A stretch of 64,000 nt of DNA from a virus (lineage: Duplodnaviria; Caudoviricetes). Below are positions 48,208 to 56,952 of this stretch, in pieces. The stretch spans positions 1 to 64,000 of the IMG/VR virus record IMGVR_UViG_3300033463_000051. One strand, 5' to 3'. The notes under the pieces were generated by a model, which was given only the letters and a program-made list of their open reading frames with translations, did not search any database and had not been told where the DNA came from. The position numbers and the translations under genes were made by a program. How positions within the stretch are numbered: position 1 is the first letter of the stretch; each line of letters begins with the position of its first letter.

Positions 48208-49590
48208 ATGGCAACAATAACTCTTGTACCATCACAACTTAACAACGCTGCCTCCCAGTATGTCACAGTCGCAGACGAGTCAAATATGTATACAAACGCA
48301 TCGTCTACTACATATGCGACACTAACAAACACCAATGCCTCAACATCTAATAGATATGTCTATCTCAAGGGATTCAACTTTGGTTCTGTGCCGACTGGTG
48401 CAACGGTATCTTCATTCACTGTCAAATTAAAGGGATACTACACCGGCGGTTCACAGCAGACGCTATACCTCTGTAACGGCACGACCACGCAGTCAGGTGC
48501 AACGGCAACAGGGTTGACGACTTCAACGCAGACAAGGACGTTCAGTAACGGCTCGCTGACGTGGGCTCAGATCAGCGGCTGGGGCGACGCTTTCGGTATC
48601 CGTATCAACTGCCGAAGGGGCAACCGAAACACTACTGGATACTACTATATATACGGTGCGGAAATTGATGTAACCTATACCGAACCATCTGTTGTTCATG
48701 TTACAGGCGTAGATGTAAGTCCGGCAACAGCGACTATAGAAGCCGGAAGCACAACTACTCTGACCGCGACAGTCTCGCCGTCAAACGCAACGGACAAGAG
48801 TGTTTCATGGTCAACAAGTAATTCATCAATAGCAACAGTGTCCAATGGTGTTGTGACGGGCGTCGCAGCAGGAACAGCGCGAATTACGGCAACGACTACA
48901 GATGGAAGTTATACCGATTACTGCGACGTAACAGTCACTCCTGCCGTGACCTATGAGTACACTTTGGCGACCTCTATGCAAGTCGGCAAGGAATATCTTA
49001 TTGCTGATGGAAATAGCGGGACGGTACATTTGCTAACGGGAACATCTGCCGGATCTAGAACGCTTCAGGGCGTGACGGCAACAGTATCTAACAACAAGAT
49101 AACGATAACCGGTTCCGTCAAGAATCAAGCGCTTTTCTCATGCGTTAGATATACGAGCGGAAATGATAACACGATAACGGTTCAACAAGGAAGTAGTTAT
49201 CTGTATTGTGATAATTCAAACGGACTGAGAATGAACGCCCCGTCTACACTGGATAGATTCTGGCACTATCGGGATAATAAGTTCTGGCAATTTAAAAGCA
49301 CATCGTCAGATGGATATTCCGATACATCGTCGGAGTATAAATACTATCTGCAAGTCAGTAACGGAAACTTTACTGACAACCATGTTACAACTACAAGCAT
49401 CGAAGCCTCTACCCTTCCGGCGATTTATATCTACACCGAATCGTCAGGTGCGACAGATTCCCTGTATTTTAAGAATAACGGATCATGGGTACAGGCAACG
49501 AAGGCTTATAAGAAAATAAACGGTTCATGGGTAGAACAATCAGATTTAACATCTGTGTTTGACAGCAACACAAACTATATAAAGGGGTGA
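48208..49590 (+). CDS. Virion adhesin with bacterial Ig-like (Big_2) domain
   Basis: LTATVSPSNATDKSVSWSTSNSSIATVSNGVVTGV. Confidence 0.8.
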   Translation: MATITLVPSQLNNAASQYVTVADESNMYTNASSTTYATLTNTNASTSNRYVYLKGFNFGSVPTGATVSSFTVKLKGYYTGGSQQTLYLCNGTTTQSGATATGLTTSTQTRTFSNGSLTWAQISGWGDAFGIRINCRRGNRNTTGYYYIYGAEIDVTYTEPSVVHVTGVDVSPATATIEAGSTTTLTATVSPSNATDKSVSWSTSNSSIATVSNGVVTGVAAGTARITATTTDGSYTDYCDVTVTPAVTYEYTLATSMQVGKEYLIADGNSGTVHLLTGTSAGSRTLQGVTATVSNNKITITGSVKNQALFSCVRYTSGNDNTITVQQGSSYLYCDNSNGLRMNAPSTLDRFWHYRDNKFWQFKSTSSDGYSDTSSEYKYYLQVSNGNFTDNHVTTTSIEASTLPAIYIYTESSGATDSLYFKNNGSWVQATKAYKKINGSWVEQSDLTSVFDSNTNYIKG

Positions 49591-49594
49591 CGAA

Positions 49595-51733
49595 ATGGCA
49601 ACATCTACAGTAAAACTTAACGGGACAACGCTGATGACGGTCAACGATACGACGGCTGTTGCCGCAGACGTTGCCCAGAACAAATATTTTTACGGAGCCG
49701 ATGGGGTTAAAACTGCGGGTACTGCAACTGGCGGCGGAGGTGGAAGTAGTAGCGGAGACGATGTTCGTTTTTATGATTACGACGGCACTTTGCTCTACAG
49801 TTATAGCGCTGCGGAATTTGCGAACCTTTCCGCAATGCCGGCCAATCCATCGCACACGGGGTTAACGGCACAGGGATGGAACTGGACGTTGGCGGACGCA
49901 AAGGCATATGTTTTGAAATATGGGATGCTGGATATTGGTCAAATGTATATCACATCTAGCGGGGATACCGAAATAGATGTAAGCATAGACTCAGAAACTC
50001 TATCTTCGAAAATCACTCTTGTGCTAATGGGGGAGGTCTCAGTTGATTGGGGGGACAATACTACTCCGGATACAGAAAGTGGAACGAATGCGACTGTTAC
50101 TTATGAGCACGATTATCAAGCGGCGGGGAATTATACGATTAAAATTAAGGCAAATAGTGGCGCATATAGACCCTCTACGGCAAATGGTTATTCAAAATTT
50201 TTCTGGGGTGGGTTTACCGGAACAAGTAACCTTAATAGTAACAATATGAATTATATGTATTATCTTTGCGTTAACGAGGTTCGTTTCGGATCTGGGGTAA
50301 GTCAAATTCCAGTATATACTTTTTATAATTGTGTTAATCTAAAAAGGATCACCATCCCAAACGGAGTGTCAGTAGATTTCAGTAATACCTTTGCGTATTG
50401 CGAAAATCTTTTAGCGGTTATTATACCCGCAGGCACATCAATTCCAAGCGGCATGTTAAATGCATTTATAAATGCATATTCAATTAAAATCATATCATTT
50501 CCGAAATATCCGTCGGGTACTGGGATTGCGAGCGGTAATTACCCTTTTAGTAGTTGCCGATCCTTGCGCTCTTTGACGCTGCCGGAGTTTCTAACAGGCC
50601 TTGGGACAAGTTTTGCAGATGGCTGTCGCCATCTAGACCACATTGTAATACCTGATAGTGTTACAAGTATTTCAAATTATCTATTGCAGAATTGTCATAA
50701 TTTAAAAAAAGTATATCTATCAGCATATGTAACAAGTATCGGATATCAGGCGTTTCAATATTGCTATTCTCTGCAAACTATAACACTCCCCAATACACTG
50801 ACGAGTATCGGATATAGTATGTTCTCATATTGTTACAATTTACCAACTATAAACATTCCAAGTAGTATTACCGCAATACCATACTGTATGTTCCAATATT
50901 GTGGCAGCCTATCATCAATAAGTATACCGAATACAGTAACAACTATTGGATACCAGGCGTTTTCTGAATGCTCCGCCCTAAAACAGATACAAGTTCCAGA
51001 AAATGTATCATATACCAGCAGTAGTTCATATGCAAATCATTATTATGGCTGCAGTACACTAGAAAGCATTAGTTTGCCAAGTAACATGACGGTTATACCG
51101 AAAAACTTTTTGTATAGCTGTAATAGCATTAAAGAGGTAGAAATTCCGTCGAGTGTAACAACTATTGAGAGTAATGCTTTTTATAATATGTATAACATTA
51201 AATCCATAACATTACCGTCCACCATAGCATCGTTGGGCGGTTCTTGCTTCTACAATAACTGGTCACTTGTCAGTGTTACGATACCAAGCACAGCTCCAAT
51301 AACCTCAATTCCTACGTCAGCATTTACGCAATGCTATTCATTGAAATCATTTCAAGTTCCTAATAATGTGACCGAAATTGGCAATTCAGCCTTTTCTAAT
51401 TGTCCTAGCATGGAAACAATATCTTTACCCGAAGGACTCCTTAGTATTGGATCTTCCGCTTTTAGTTCTTGTTATGCATTATCATCAATTACAATACCGA
51501 GTACAGTTACGTCTATAGGAAATAGCGCATTCTCTAATGCCAAACAAATAATGGAGTATCATTTATTGCCGACCGCTCCACCTACGCTTGGAGGGTCTTC
51601 CGTATTTACTGGAATTTCCGCAAACGCCGTTATATACGTCCCATACTCATCAGACCACAGCATACTTGCTGCATACAAATCTGCAAATAACTGGAGTGCG
51701 CAAGCTAGTAAAATACAGGAGGAGCCGCAATGA
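49595..51733 (+). CDS. BspA-type leucine-rich-repeat (LRR_5) protein
   Basis: More than a dozen CxxLxxIxIPxxVTxIGxxAF repeats; VRFYDYDGT N-terminal module. Confidence 0.88.
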   Translation: MATSTVKLNGTTLMTVNDTTAVAADVAQNKYFYGADGVKTAGTATGGGGGSSSGDDVRFYDYDGTLLYSYSAAEFANLSAMPANPSHTGLTAQGWNWTLADAKAYVLKYGMLDIGQMYITSSGDTEIDVSIDSETLSSKITLVLMGEVSVDWGDNTTPDTESGTNATVTYEHDYQAAGNYTIKIKANSGAYRPSTANGYSKFFWGGFTGTSNLNSNNMNYMYYLCVNEVRFGSGVSQIPVYTFYNCVNLKRITIPNGVSVDFSNTFAYCENLLAVIIPAGTSIPSGMLNAFINAYSIKIISFPKYPSGTGIASGNYPFSSCRSLRSLTLPEFLTGLGTSFADGCRHLDHIVIPDSVTSISNYLLQNCHNLKKVYLSAYVTSIGYQAFQYCYSLQTITLPNTLTSIGYSMFSYCYNLPTINIPSSITAIPYCMFQYCGSLSSISIPNTVTTIGYQAFSECSALKQIQVPENVSYTSSSSYANHYYGCSTLESISLPSNMTVIPKNFLYSCNSIKEVEIPSSVTTIESNAFYNMYNIKSITLPSTIASLGGSCFYNNWSLVSVTIPSTAPITSIPTSAFTQCYSLKSFQVPNNVTEIGNSAFSNCPSMETISLPEGLLSIGSSAFSSCYALSSITIPSTVTSIGNSAFSNAKQIMEYHLLPTAPPTLGGSSVFTGISANAVIYVPYSSDHSILAAYKSANNWSAQASKIQEEPQ

Positions 51734-51978
51734 TAAGAACAGAGTTTTACATTACACGCGAGGATGGCGTTGAATTGGTGCGCGCTTATAGTGATGCCGG
51801 TTACAAAATTCGGCAGGTAGAAACTGGAGCAATTTATGACGATGCGGTGTATCCTTCTATAATTGTCCAGACTTTCGTTGAAACGGATGAGCCGATAGAA
51901 GACGAGGAGATAACCGACGCCGAAGCGCTAAACATATTGTTAGGGAGGGTTGCAGATGTACCGATCGGAAACGAATAG
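51730..51978 (+). CDS. Small acidic protein coupled to the LRR gene (fibre chaperone candidate)
   Basis: ATGA overlap; YSDAGYKIRQVETG..YDDAV. Confidence 0.65.
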   Translation: MIRTEFYITREDGVELVRAYSDAGYKIRQVETGAIYDDAVYPSIIVQTFVETDEPIEDEEITDAEALNILLGRVADVPIGNE

Positions 51979-52348
51979 ACTCAGAGCGGCCATTCTTGAA
52001 GCAAGCAAAAGCCTCTCTGATGAAGTAGCAAGCCACGTTCCGTACCTCTTCCCCGTATGGGGTTCCGATACCGAGTACTCAGCAGGAGATCGTGTGCGTC
52101 ATGGCACAACATTGTATAAGTGCGTACAGTCACACACGAGTCAGAGCAACTGGACGCCGGACAATACTCCTGCGCTGTGGGCAAGGGCTTACGACCCGGC
52201 GGTAGAGTGGCCTGAATGGGTGCAACCGATGGGAGCGCAGGATGCGTACATGATTGGCGATAAGGTAAGTTACGATGGCAGACACTGGACAAGCACAGTG
52301 GATTATAATACATGGACTCCCGGCATTTATGGCTGGGATGAAGTATAG
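51956..52348 (+). CDS. Carbohydrate-binding (CBM5/12, chitin-binding type 3) repeat protein
   Basis: W...YSAGDRV..YKC..HTS..W.P and AYMIGDKVSYDG.W. Confidence 0.8.
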   Translation: MYRSETNRLRAAILEASKSLSDEVASHVPYLFPVWGSDTEYSAGDRVRHGTTLYKCVQSHTSQSNWTPDNTPALWARAYDPAVEWPEWVQPMGAQDAYMIGDKVSYDGRHWTSTVDYNTWTPGIYGWDEV

Positions 52349-52376
52349 ATATTTTTAAAGAAGGAGGATGATGCGC

Positions 52377-52967
52377 ATGAAACCTTTAACGAGAATTGAG
52401 CAGTTTCTGGCAAAGATAGCCGGGAACAAGGATGCAAAGGATATCGCTCCGAAAACAAGGATTGAGCATTTTCTGAATGACATAGCAGAAGCGGACGTTG
52501 GCAAAGAACTTCCGGACGCGAGTTCTCTCGATGACGGAATGCTTCTCGGCGTAGCAAGTGGCGAGTGGTCGGCGGTATATCCCGAACTTCCGGACGCAAC
52601 AGACCTTTCCGACGGCAAGGTTCTGACGGTTGCGGACGGTTCGTGGGTAGCGGCGGATCCGAAAGAGAAATTTATCGTACATATTGAAGGCAATAACGAT
52701 AATTATTCAATCGATAAGGAATTCGAGGACATCGTAGACCAGTTTGAAAACGGCAAAGATATTATTTTCATGCATCAGTTTACAGTAAATAGCGGACTGT
52801 CCATTGTTGTTGATGACGACGAAATAGTTGGATTTGACGTTCCGTTTATAGAGGTCAATCCGCAGGTGCCCGACCTGGTTTATGGACTGTTTACTATCAA
52901 TCCTAATTCGATTGCACTGGTTACTACACACTACACGCTTACTGCGGAGAACGTACCTTCGTCGTGA
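52377..52967 (+). CDS. Acidic fibre-like protein with PxTRxExFL N-terminal module
   Basis: Paralogue of 54401..54925; two ELPD..DG..L.V..G.W repeats. Confidence 0.7.
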   Translation: MKPLTRIEQFLAKIAGNKDAKDIAPKTRIEHFLNDIAEADVGKELPDASSLDDGMLLGVASGEWSAVYPELPDATDLSDGKVLTVADGSWVAADPKEKFIVHIEGNNDNYSIDKEFEDIVDQFENGKDIIFMHQFTVNSGLSIVVDDDEIVGFDVPFIEVNPQVPDLVYGLFTINPNSIALVTTHYTLTAENVPSS

Positions 52968-53053
52968 TGTCAGCATAAAACGTTAATACGGATTAAAAGA
53001 GGCAGTTGGTTTAATGATGACCGACTGCCTCGTGGACTATAAGGAGGAATGTT

Positions 53054-53275
53054 GTGAAAAACACTGCATTTTGGAAAGCAGCACTCATCCGTGCGCTCCG
53101 CACATTTGCCCAGACGGCGATTGCGACCATCGGCACGACCGCTCTGATGGAGCAGGTCAATTGGATTGCCGTGGCAAGCGCATCGGTTCTTGCTGGAATT
53201 TTAAGCATACTGAACAGTATTGCAACGGGACTGCCGGAGGTGACCGATAGTGGCGACAGCGAAGAAGATAATTGA
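53054..53275 (+). CDS. Holin (r1t-like)
   Basis: FWKAALIRALRTFAQT..GLPEV; two hydrophobic segments; GTG after AAGGAGG. Confidence 0.88.
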   Translation: MKNTAFWKAALIRALRTFAQTAIATIGTTALMEQVNWIAVASASVLAGILSILNSIATGLPEVTDSGDSEEDN

Positions 53276-54008
53276 GGTTGCGGCAAAGGAGCTCGGCACG
53301 AAAGAATCGCCCGCTAATAGCAATAACGTAAAGTACAATACCGAATATTACGGGAGAAACGTTTATGGAGACGCGACCTACCCGTGGTGTATGGTATTTG
53401 TCTGGTGGGTGTTCAAACACGCTGATGCGTCCAGCCTGTTCTACGACGGCAAGAAGACGGCAAGTTGCCCGACATTCTCATATTGGGCAATGAATAAAAA
53501 TAAGTGGGTCACGTCCGGTTTCAAACCGGGCGATGTTATTATCTTCCGGTTCTCTTCGGGCGGATATGACCACACGGGAATTCTGGAGAGGGTTAATAGC
53601 GACGGATCATATACGACTATCGAAGGCAATACGTCGCTTACCAGCAATGATAACGGAGGATGCGTCATGCGCCGGACGCGTTACAAATCACAAATCATTG
53701 GCGCTTACAGGCCGCCTTATGATGCCGAATCTTCAACTGGCACTATAGGCAATGTCGTAAATAATAATACGGAGGGATTTGATGTGGCTACACTTAAAAC
53801 ATTATCCCAGGGTTCTTCATACAAAGCACAAGTAAAGGCAATGCAACTTCTGCTCGCAGGTAACGGATACAGCCTCGGCAGTTACGGTGCCGACGGTATA
53901 TTCGGGTCACTTACCGTATCAGCTTTGAAAAAATATCAGAAGGCCAAGGGTATAACCGTCGATGGCATCTGCGGCCCCCAGACGTGGGGCAAACTTCTTG
54001 GCGTTTAA
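53250..54008 (+). CDS. Endolysin: CHAP domain plus peptidoglycan-binding domain
   Basis: PWCMVFV, HTGI, IEGNT; C-terminal DGIFG..DGICGPQTW. Confidence 0.92.
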   Translation: MATAKKIIEVAAKELGTKESPANSNNVKYNTEYYGRNVYGDATYPWCMVFVWWVFKHADASSLFYDGKKTASCPTFSYWAMNKNKWVTSGFKPGDVIIFRFSSGGYDHTGILERVNSDGSYTTIEGNTSLTSNDNGGCVMRRTRYKSQIIGAYRPPYDAESSTGTIGNVVNNNTEGFDVATLKTLSQGSSYKAQVKAMQLLLAGNGYSLGSYGADGIFGSLTVSALKKYQKAKGITVDGICGPQTWGKLLGV

Positions 54009-54068
54009 AGCCATCTGGTCACTCCCTCGGAAAAAGGGGTTTTATAAACTTCGAGGAGGCGTTTAGAA

Positions 54069-54389
54069 ATGAGTGGTGGCGAGATTGCCATGATGATTTG
54101 TTCAATAATTGCTGCTTTGGGTGGCATCTCAGTCGCAATTATTGAGACACGTAATACTAAAGAGAGAAAACGGACTGAGGCTCGTGCATTAAGGAGAGCC
54201 GAAGAGAGCAGACTCAGCATGGAACTTATGAGCGCGACGTGCACTCTGGCATGTGTTACGGCTACGGCTTTGCGTGACGGTCATACAAACGGCACACTTG
54301 AGCCCGCGCTTGAAGAAGCGCATAGGGCTCAAAATGAGTACCATGCTTGGGTCATGAATGAAGCCGCTAGATCAGCGGTGAAAGTTTGA
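54069..54389 (+). CDS. Membrane protein, holin-like/lysis accessory
   Basis: N-terminal TM helix followed by a charged helix, ..GHTNG.. Confidence 0.6.
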   Translation: MSGGEIAMMICSIIAALGGISVAIIETRNTKERKRTEARALRRAEESRLSMELMSATCTLACVTATALRDGHTNGTLEPALEEAHRAQNEYHAWVMNEAARSAVKV

Positions 54390-54400
54390 GAGGTGACATA

Positions 54401-54925
54401 ATGAAACCTTTAACTAGAATCGAGCAGTTTCTGGCGAAGATAGCCGGAAATAAGGATGCAAAAGATATAGCGCCCAAGACAAGGCTTGAGCATTTTCTGG
54501 ATGATATAGCGGAGGCTCAGGTCGGCAAGGAACTGCCCGACATCGAGGCAGGAGACGAGGGCAGACTCGTTGGTGTAACGGATGGTGAATACGGTCTTGT
54601 AGACGCTCCGAGTGGCGATATGTTTGTCGTTACATTTGAGGACGGCTCAGACCCCGGGACGTTTACGGTCGACAAGACATACGCTGAAATCGTCGAGCAG
54701 ATGGACGACGCGCCCGGGAACATCCTGTTTAAATACGGCCCGAGTCCGGCGATAGGAGTCTCACAGAGTGATGACTCTGTAACCGCCATTTTCTTCATCA
54801 TCGATGCAGGGGCGGCAGAACTGTATGCTTTGCAGATTACCGTGGGTAGCGATGACGGAATAACATCGTATATAGATGGATATACTCTTACGCCGATTGA
54901 CAACGGTGGCGGCGGCACGGAGTAA
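54401..54925 (+). CDS. Acidic fibre-like protein with PxTRxExFL N-terminal module
   Basis: Paralogue of 52377..52967; RBS GAGAGGTG. Confidence 0.7.
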   Translation: MKPLTRIEQFLAKIAGNKDAKDIAPKTRLEHFLDDIAEAQVGKELPDIEAGDEGRLVGVTDGEYGLVDAPSGDMFVVTFEDGSDPGTFTVDKTYAEIVEQMDDAPGNILFKYGPSPAIGVSQSDDSVTAIFFIIDAGAAELYALQITVGSDDGITSYIDGYTLTPIDNGGGGTE

Positions 54926-54973
54926 CCACAAAATACGTTTTCAACAAACAGATGGGTTATAATTAATAATGGT

Positions 54974-55039
54974 AAAAAAAAGACCAGTAGTCTAGCTATC
55001 ATCACAGTGATATAGCCGGTTCTACTGGTCTTTTTTTTT
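54974..55039. terminator. Bidirectional terminator between the late operon and int
   Basis: A8-GACCAGTAG...CTACTGGTC-T9 with inner GCTAT..ATCAC-A-GTGAT..ATAGC stem. Confidence 0.85.
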
Positions 55040-55067
55040 GTTGTATGCATATCGTATAGTACTCTTG

Positions 55068-55311
55068 AAAATGGGTAAATCGTGGGTAAAATTTCGATTT
55101 GATCTCTCGTAACACTAACGTTACCAATGGGTTTGGGGATTTGCGCCTAACAACCTTTGTTATTATACATAAATCCTACATAACTTCTTATAAGTTCTTA
55201 TATCTTTTTAAAGGCTAGTTTTTTCAACGGTTTTGGGACTTGGGCTTTCACGTAACTTCTTATAACTTCTTATATCGTCACTGTCAAAATGGGTAAAATT
55301 TTGGGTAAAAA
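55068..55311. mobile_element. Putative attP region (arm-type and Xis-type repeats)
   Basis: TGGGTAAA pairs at 55072/55083 and 55290/55302 in direct orientation; 24-bp TAACTTCTTATAA(G/C)TTCTTATATC at 55181 and 55253; immediately downstream of int. Crossover core not identifiable without the host sequence. Confidence 0.75.
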
Positions 55312-56559
55312 TTATAGAATTACTATCTTACCTTCAAGTGCGGATGACCTACTCTCCCAGCGGTCGGATGTGACCTCATTGTAAATCTCCATGGTAGTGC
55401 TTATTTTCGAGTGCCCCATAATCTCCTGTATGTATTTAAGGTCTGTCTCTGTCTCACACAATCGTGTACAGAACGTATGACGAAGGCAGTGGACAGAGAA
55501 GTGCGGGAGCATCGGGTTATCCAATTGTTTTTGCGAATTATATTCTTTGATTATCTTCTTTATCATCCTATCGACATACGACGCTTCAAATGGCTTTTTA
55601 CTATCCAGCACAAACACGAATCCACTATAACGGTCTACCGTTATATTATTTGTACCCCGTATCTCGCACCGTTGTTTCTCGCGAATGAGCGCCTCGCGTA
55701 CATCCCGTAGCATTGGGATCGTTCGCCGCCCCGCGGCGCTCTTTGGAGTTGTGATATATCGGCGTCTAGTACCATCCGGGAACGTATCGGTCTGCAAGTT
55801 TGCCTTGATGTATATCCTATTATTTTCAAAATCACAATTGTCCCATGTAAGTCCGGCCGCCTCTCCGGCACGGCATCCCGTACCAAGAAGAAATATAAAA
55901 TAGTCCGCAAATTTGGAGTACTTTCTGCTGTTCTGACAGAACTTAATAAATGCTTTTTGCTCTGGTATGGTAAGGGCTTTTCGTCTTTGCTCCCTGTCAT
56001 CAGCGTAGTCCTGTACAACAGCCATTGCGCCCTTGCATGGGTTTATCCTTATGATGTTGTCCTGTACGGCCGACTCGAACACTGGATATATACTTGCGCT
56101 TATTGTTTTGATAGTAGTTGGTTTTAGTCCCCGGTTCGTTAACAAATCAATATATAGGCGTTTTACATCTGTGTGCTTGATGTTTTTGATTTTTTGTAGC
56201 CCGAACTCCTTTCTGATATATCTGTCGTACATACTTCTGTATCGACTAAGTGTGGACGGCTTTAGGCTGGCCTTAGTCTGGATATATGTATCAAAATAGT
56301 TATTCATGGTTATTTGCAGTGCGGCGTTAATATCTATTCCTTCATCCAGATTCTTTTTTATGACGGATTCCATTTCTCGTAACGACTCTTTGCATTTTTT
56401 ACTACTGGGTACTTTGTCTGTTGGCGTTAACTTCCAACTATAGACACTATGGGTCTTGCCGTCGCATCCTTTGTACCTGTATTCATACTTGCCATCGCTG
56501 CGTTGCCGTTCTCCGTTTGCCAGAACACGTCCTTTGCTGTCGCGTCTCTTTTCAGACAT
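55312..56559 (-). CDS. int: Tyrosine integrase, Tn916 Int-like (N-terminal arm-binding domain)
   Basis: MSEKRRDSKGRVL..GERQRSDG.YEYRY; TGCRAGE, HCLRHTF, MGHSKISTTMEIY; RBS AGAAGGAG before ATG 56559. Confidence 0.93.
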   Translation of the reverse strand: MSEKRRDSKGRVLANGERQRSDGKYEYRYKGCDGKTHSVYSWKLTPTDKVPSSKKCKESLREMESVIKKNLDEGIDINAALQITMNNYFDTYIQTKASLKPSTLSRYRSMYDRYIRKEFGLQKIKNIKHTDVKRLYIDLLTNRGLKPTTIKTISASIYPVFESAVQDNIIRINPCKGAMAVVQDYADDREQRRKALTIPEQKAFIKFCQNSRKYSKFADYFIFLLGTGCRAGEAAGLTWDNCDFENNRIYIKANLQTDTFPDGTRRRYITTPKSAAGRRTIPMLRDVREALIREKQRCEIRGTNNITVDRYSGFVFVLDSKKPFEASYVDRMIKKIIKEYNSQKQLDNPMLPHFSVHCLRHTFCTRLCETETDLKYIQEIMGHSKISTTMEIYNEVTSDRWESRSSALEGKIVIL

Positions 56560-56604
56560 AACATTCTCCTTCTGATCCGAGTACGCTACGATATGCATAC
56601 ATAT

Positions 56605-56632
56605 ATAATAACATACCACCTTTCAAATGCAA
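56605..56632 (-). promoter_or_regulatory. Candidate int-specific promoter between xis and int
   Basis: TTGCAT-16 bp-(TG-t)TATTAT on the - strand. Confidence 0.5.
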
Positions 56633-56637
56633 GTCCG

Positions 56638-56832
56638 TCAAATGGCATGAGTCCTGTTTATAAACTCTTCAAATTTGACACGTTTTATTTGCGGGCGGCT
56701 GCCGTTCCATAATATGTAATCAGCGTTATTATCATCTTCTATGATTCGTCTGAGTTTGTTTTCTCCTATTCTGAAATAGGCAGCGGCCTCGTCGACAGAT
56801 AATGTGTATTTTTCCCAAATGGGTATCTCCAT
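56638..56832 (-). CDS. xis: Excisionase, Tn916 Xis-like
   Basis: IPIWEKYTLSVDEAAAYFRIGENKLR..IKRVKFEEFI. Confidence 0.93.
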   Translation of the reverse strand: MEIPIWEKYTLSVDEAAAYFRIGENKLRRIIEDDNNADYILWNGSRPQIKRVKFEEFINRTHAI

Positions 56833-56862
56833 AAACTCACCTCGCTGGATTTATGTGTGTCT

Positions 56863-56890
56863 GTCCCTAATAATATATATTATTCGGAAC
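56863..56890. other. dif-like 11-6-11 tyrosine-recombinase site
   Basis: GTCCCTAATAA-TATATA-TTATTCGGAAC; arms 9/11 inverted. Confidence 0.55.
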
Positions 56891-56905
56891 GAATAGTTGG
56901 AATTC

Positions 56906-56936
56906 GGAGCCCCGCATAAAGCGGGGCTCCTCTTTT
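56906..56936 (+). terminator. Hairpin between dut and xis; U-tract on the + strand
   Basis: GGAGCCCCGC-ataaa-GCGGGGCTCC-TCTTTT. Confidence 0.6.
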
Positions 56937-56952
56937 GCGGAAAGCAAAATGT

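Noticed and set aside
53014-53250. Cys/His-rich ORF overlapping the holin
   Set aside because: The holin frame has the RBS and a recognisable family; this is an off-frame artefact.
55068-55311. Short repeats as a mini CRISPR array
   Set aside because: Only two 24-bp copies plus 8-bp pairs, no regular spacers or cas genes; position and layout fit integrase arm and Xis sites.
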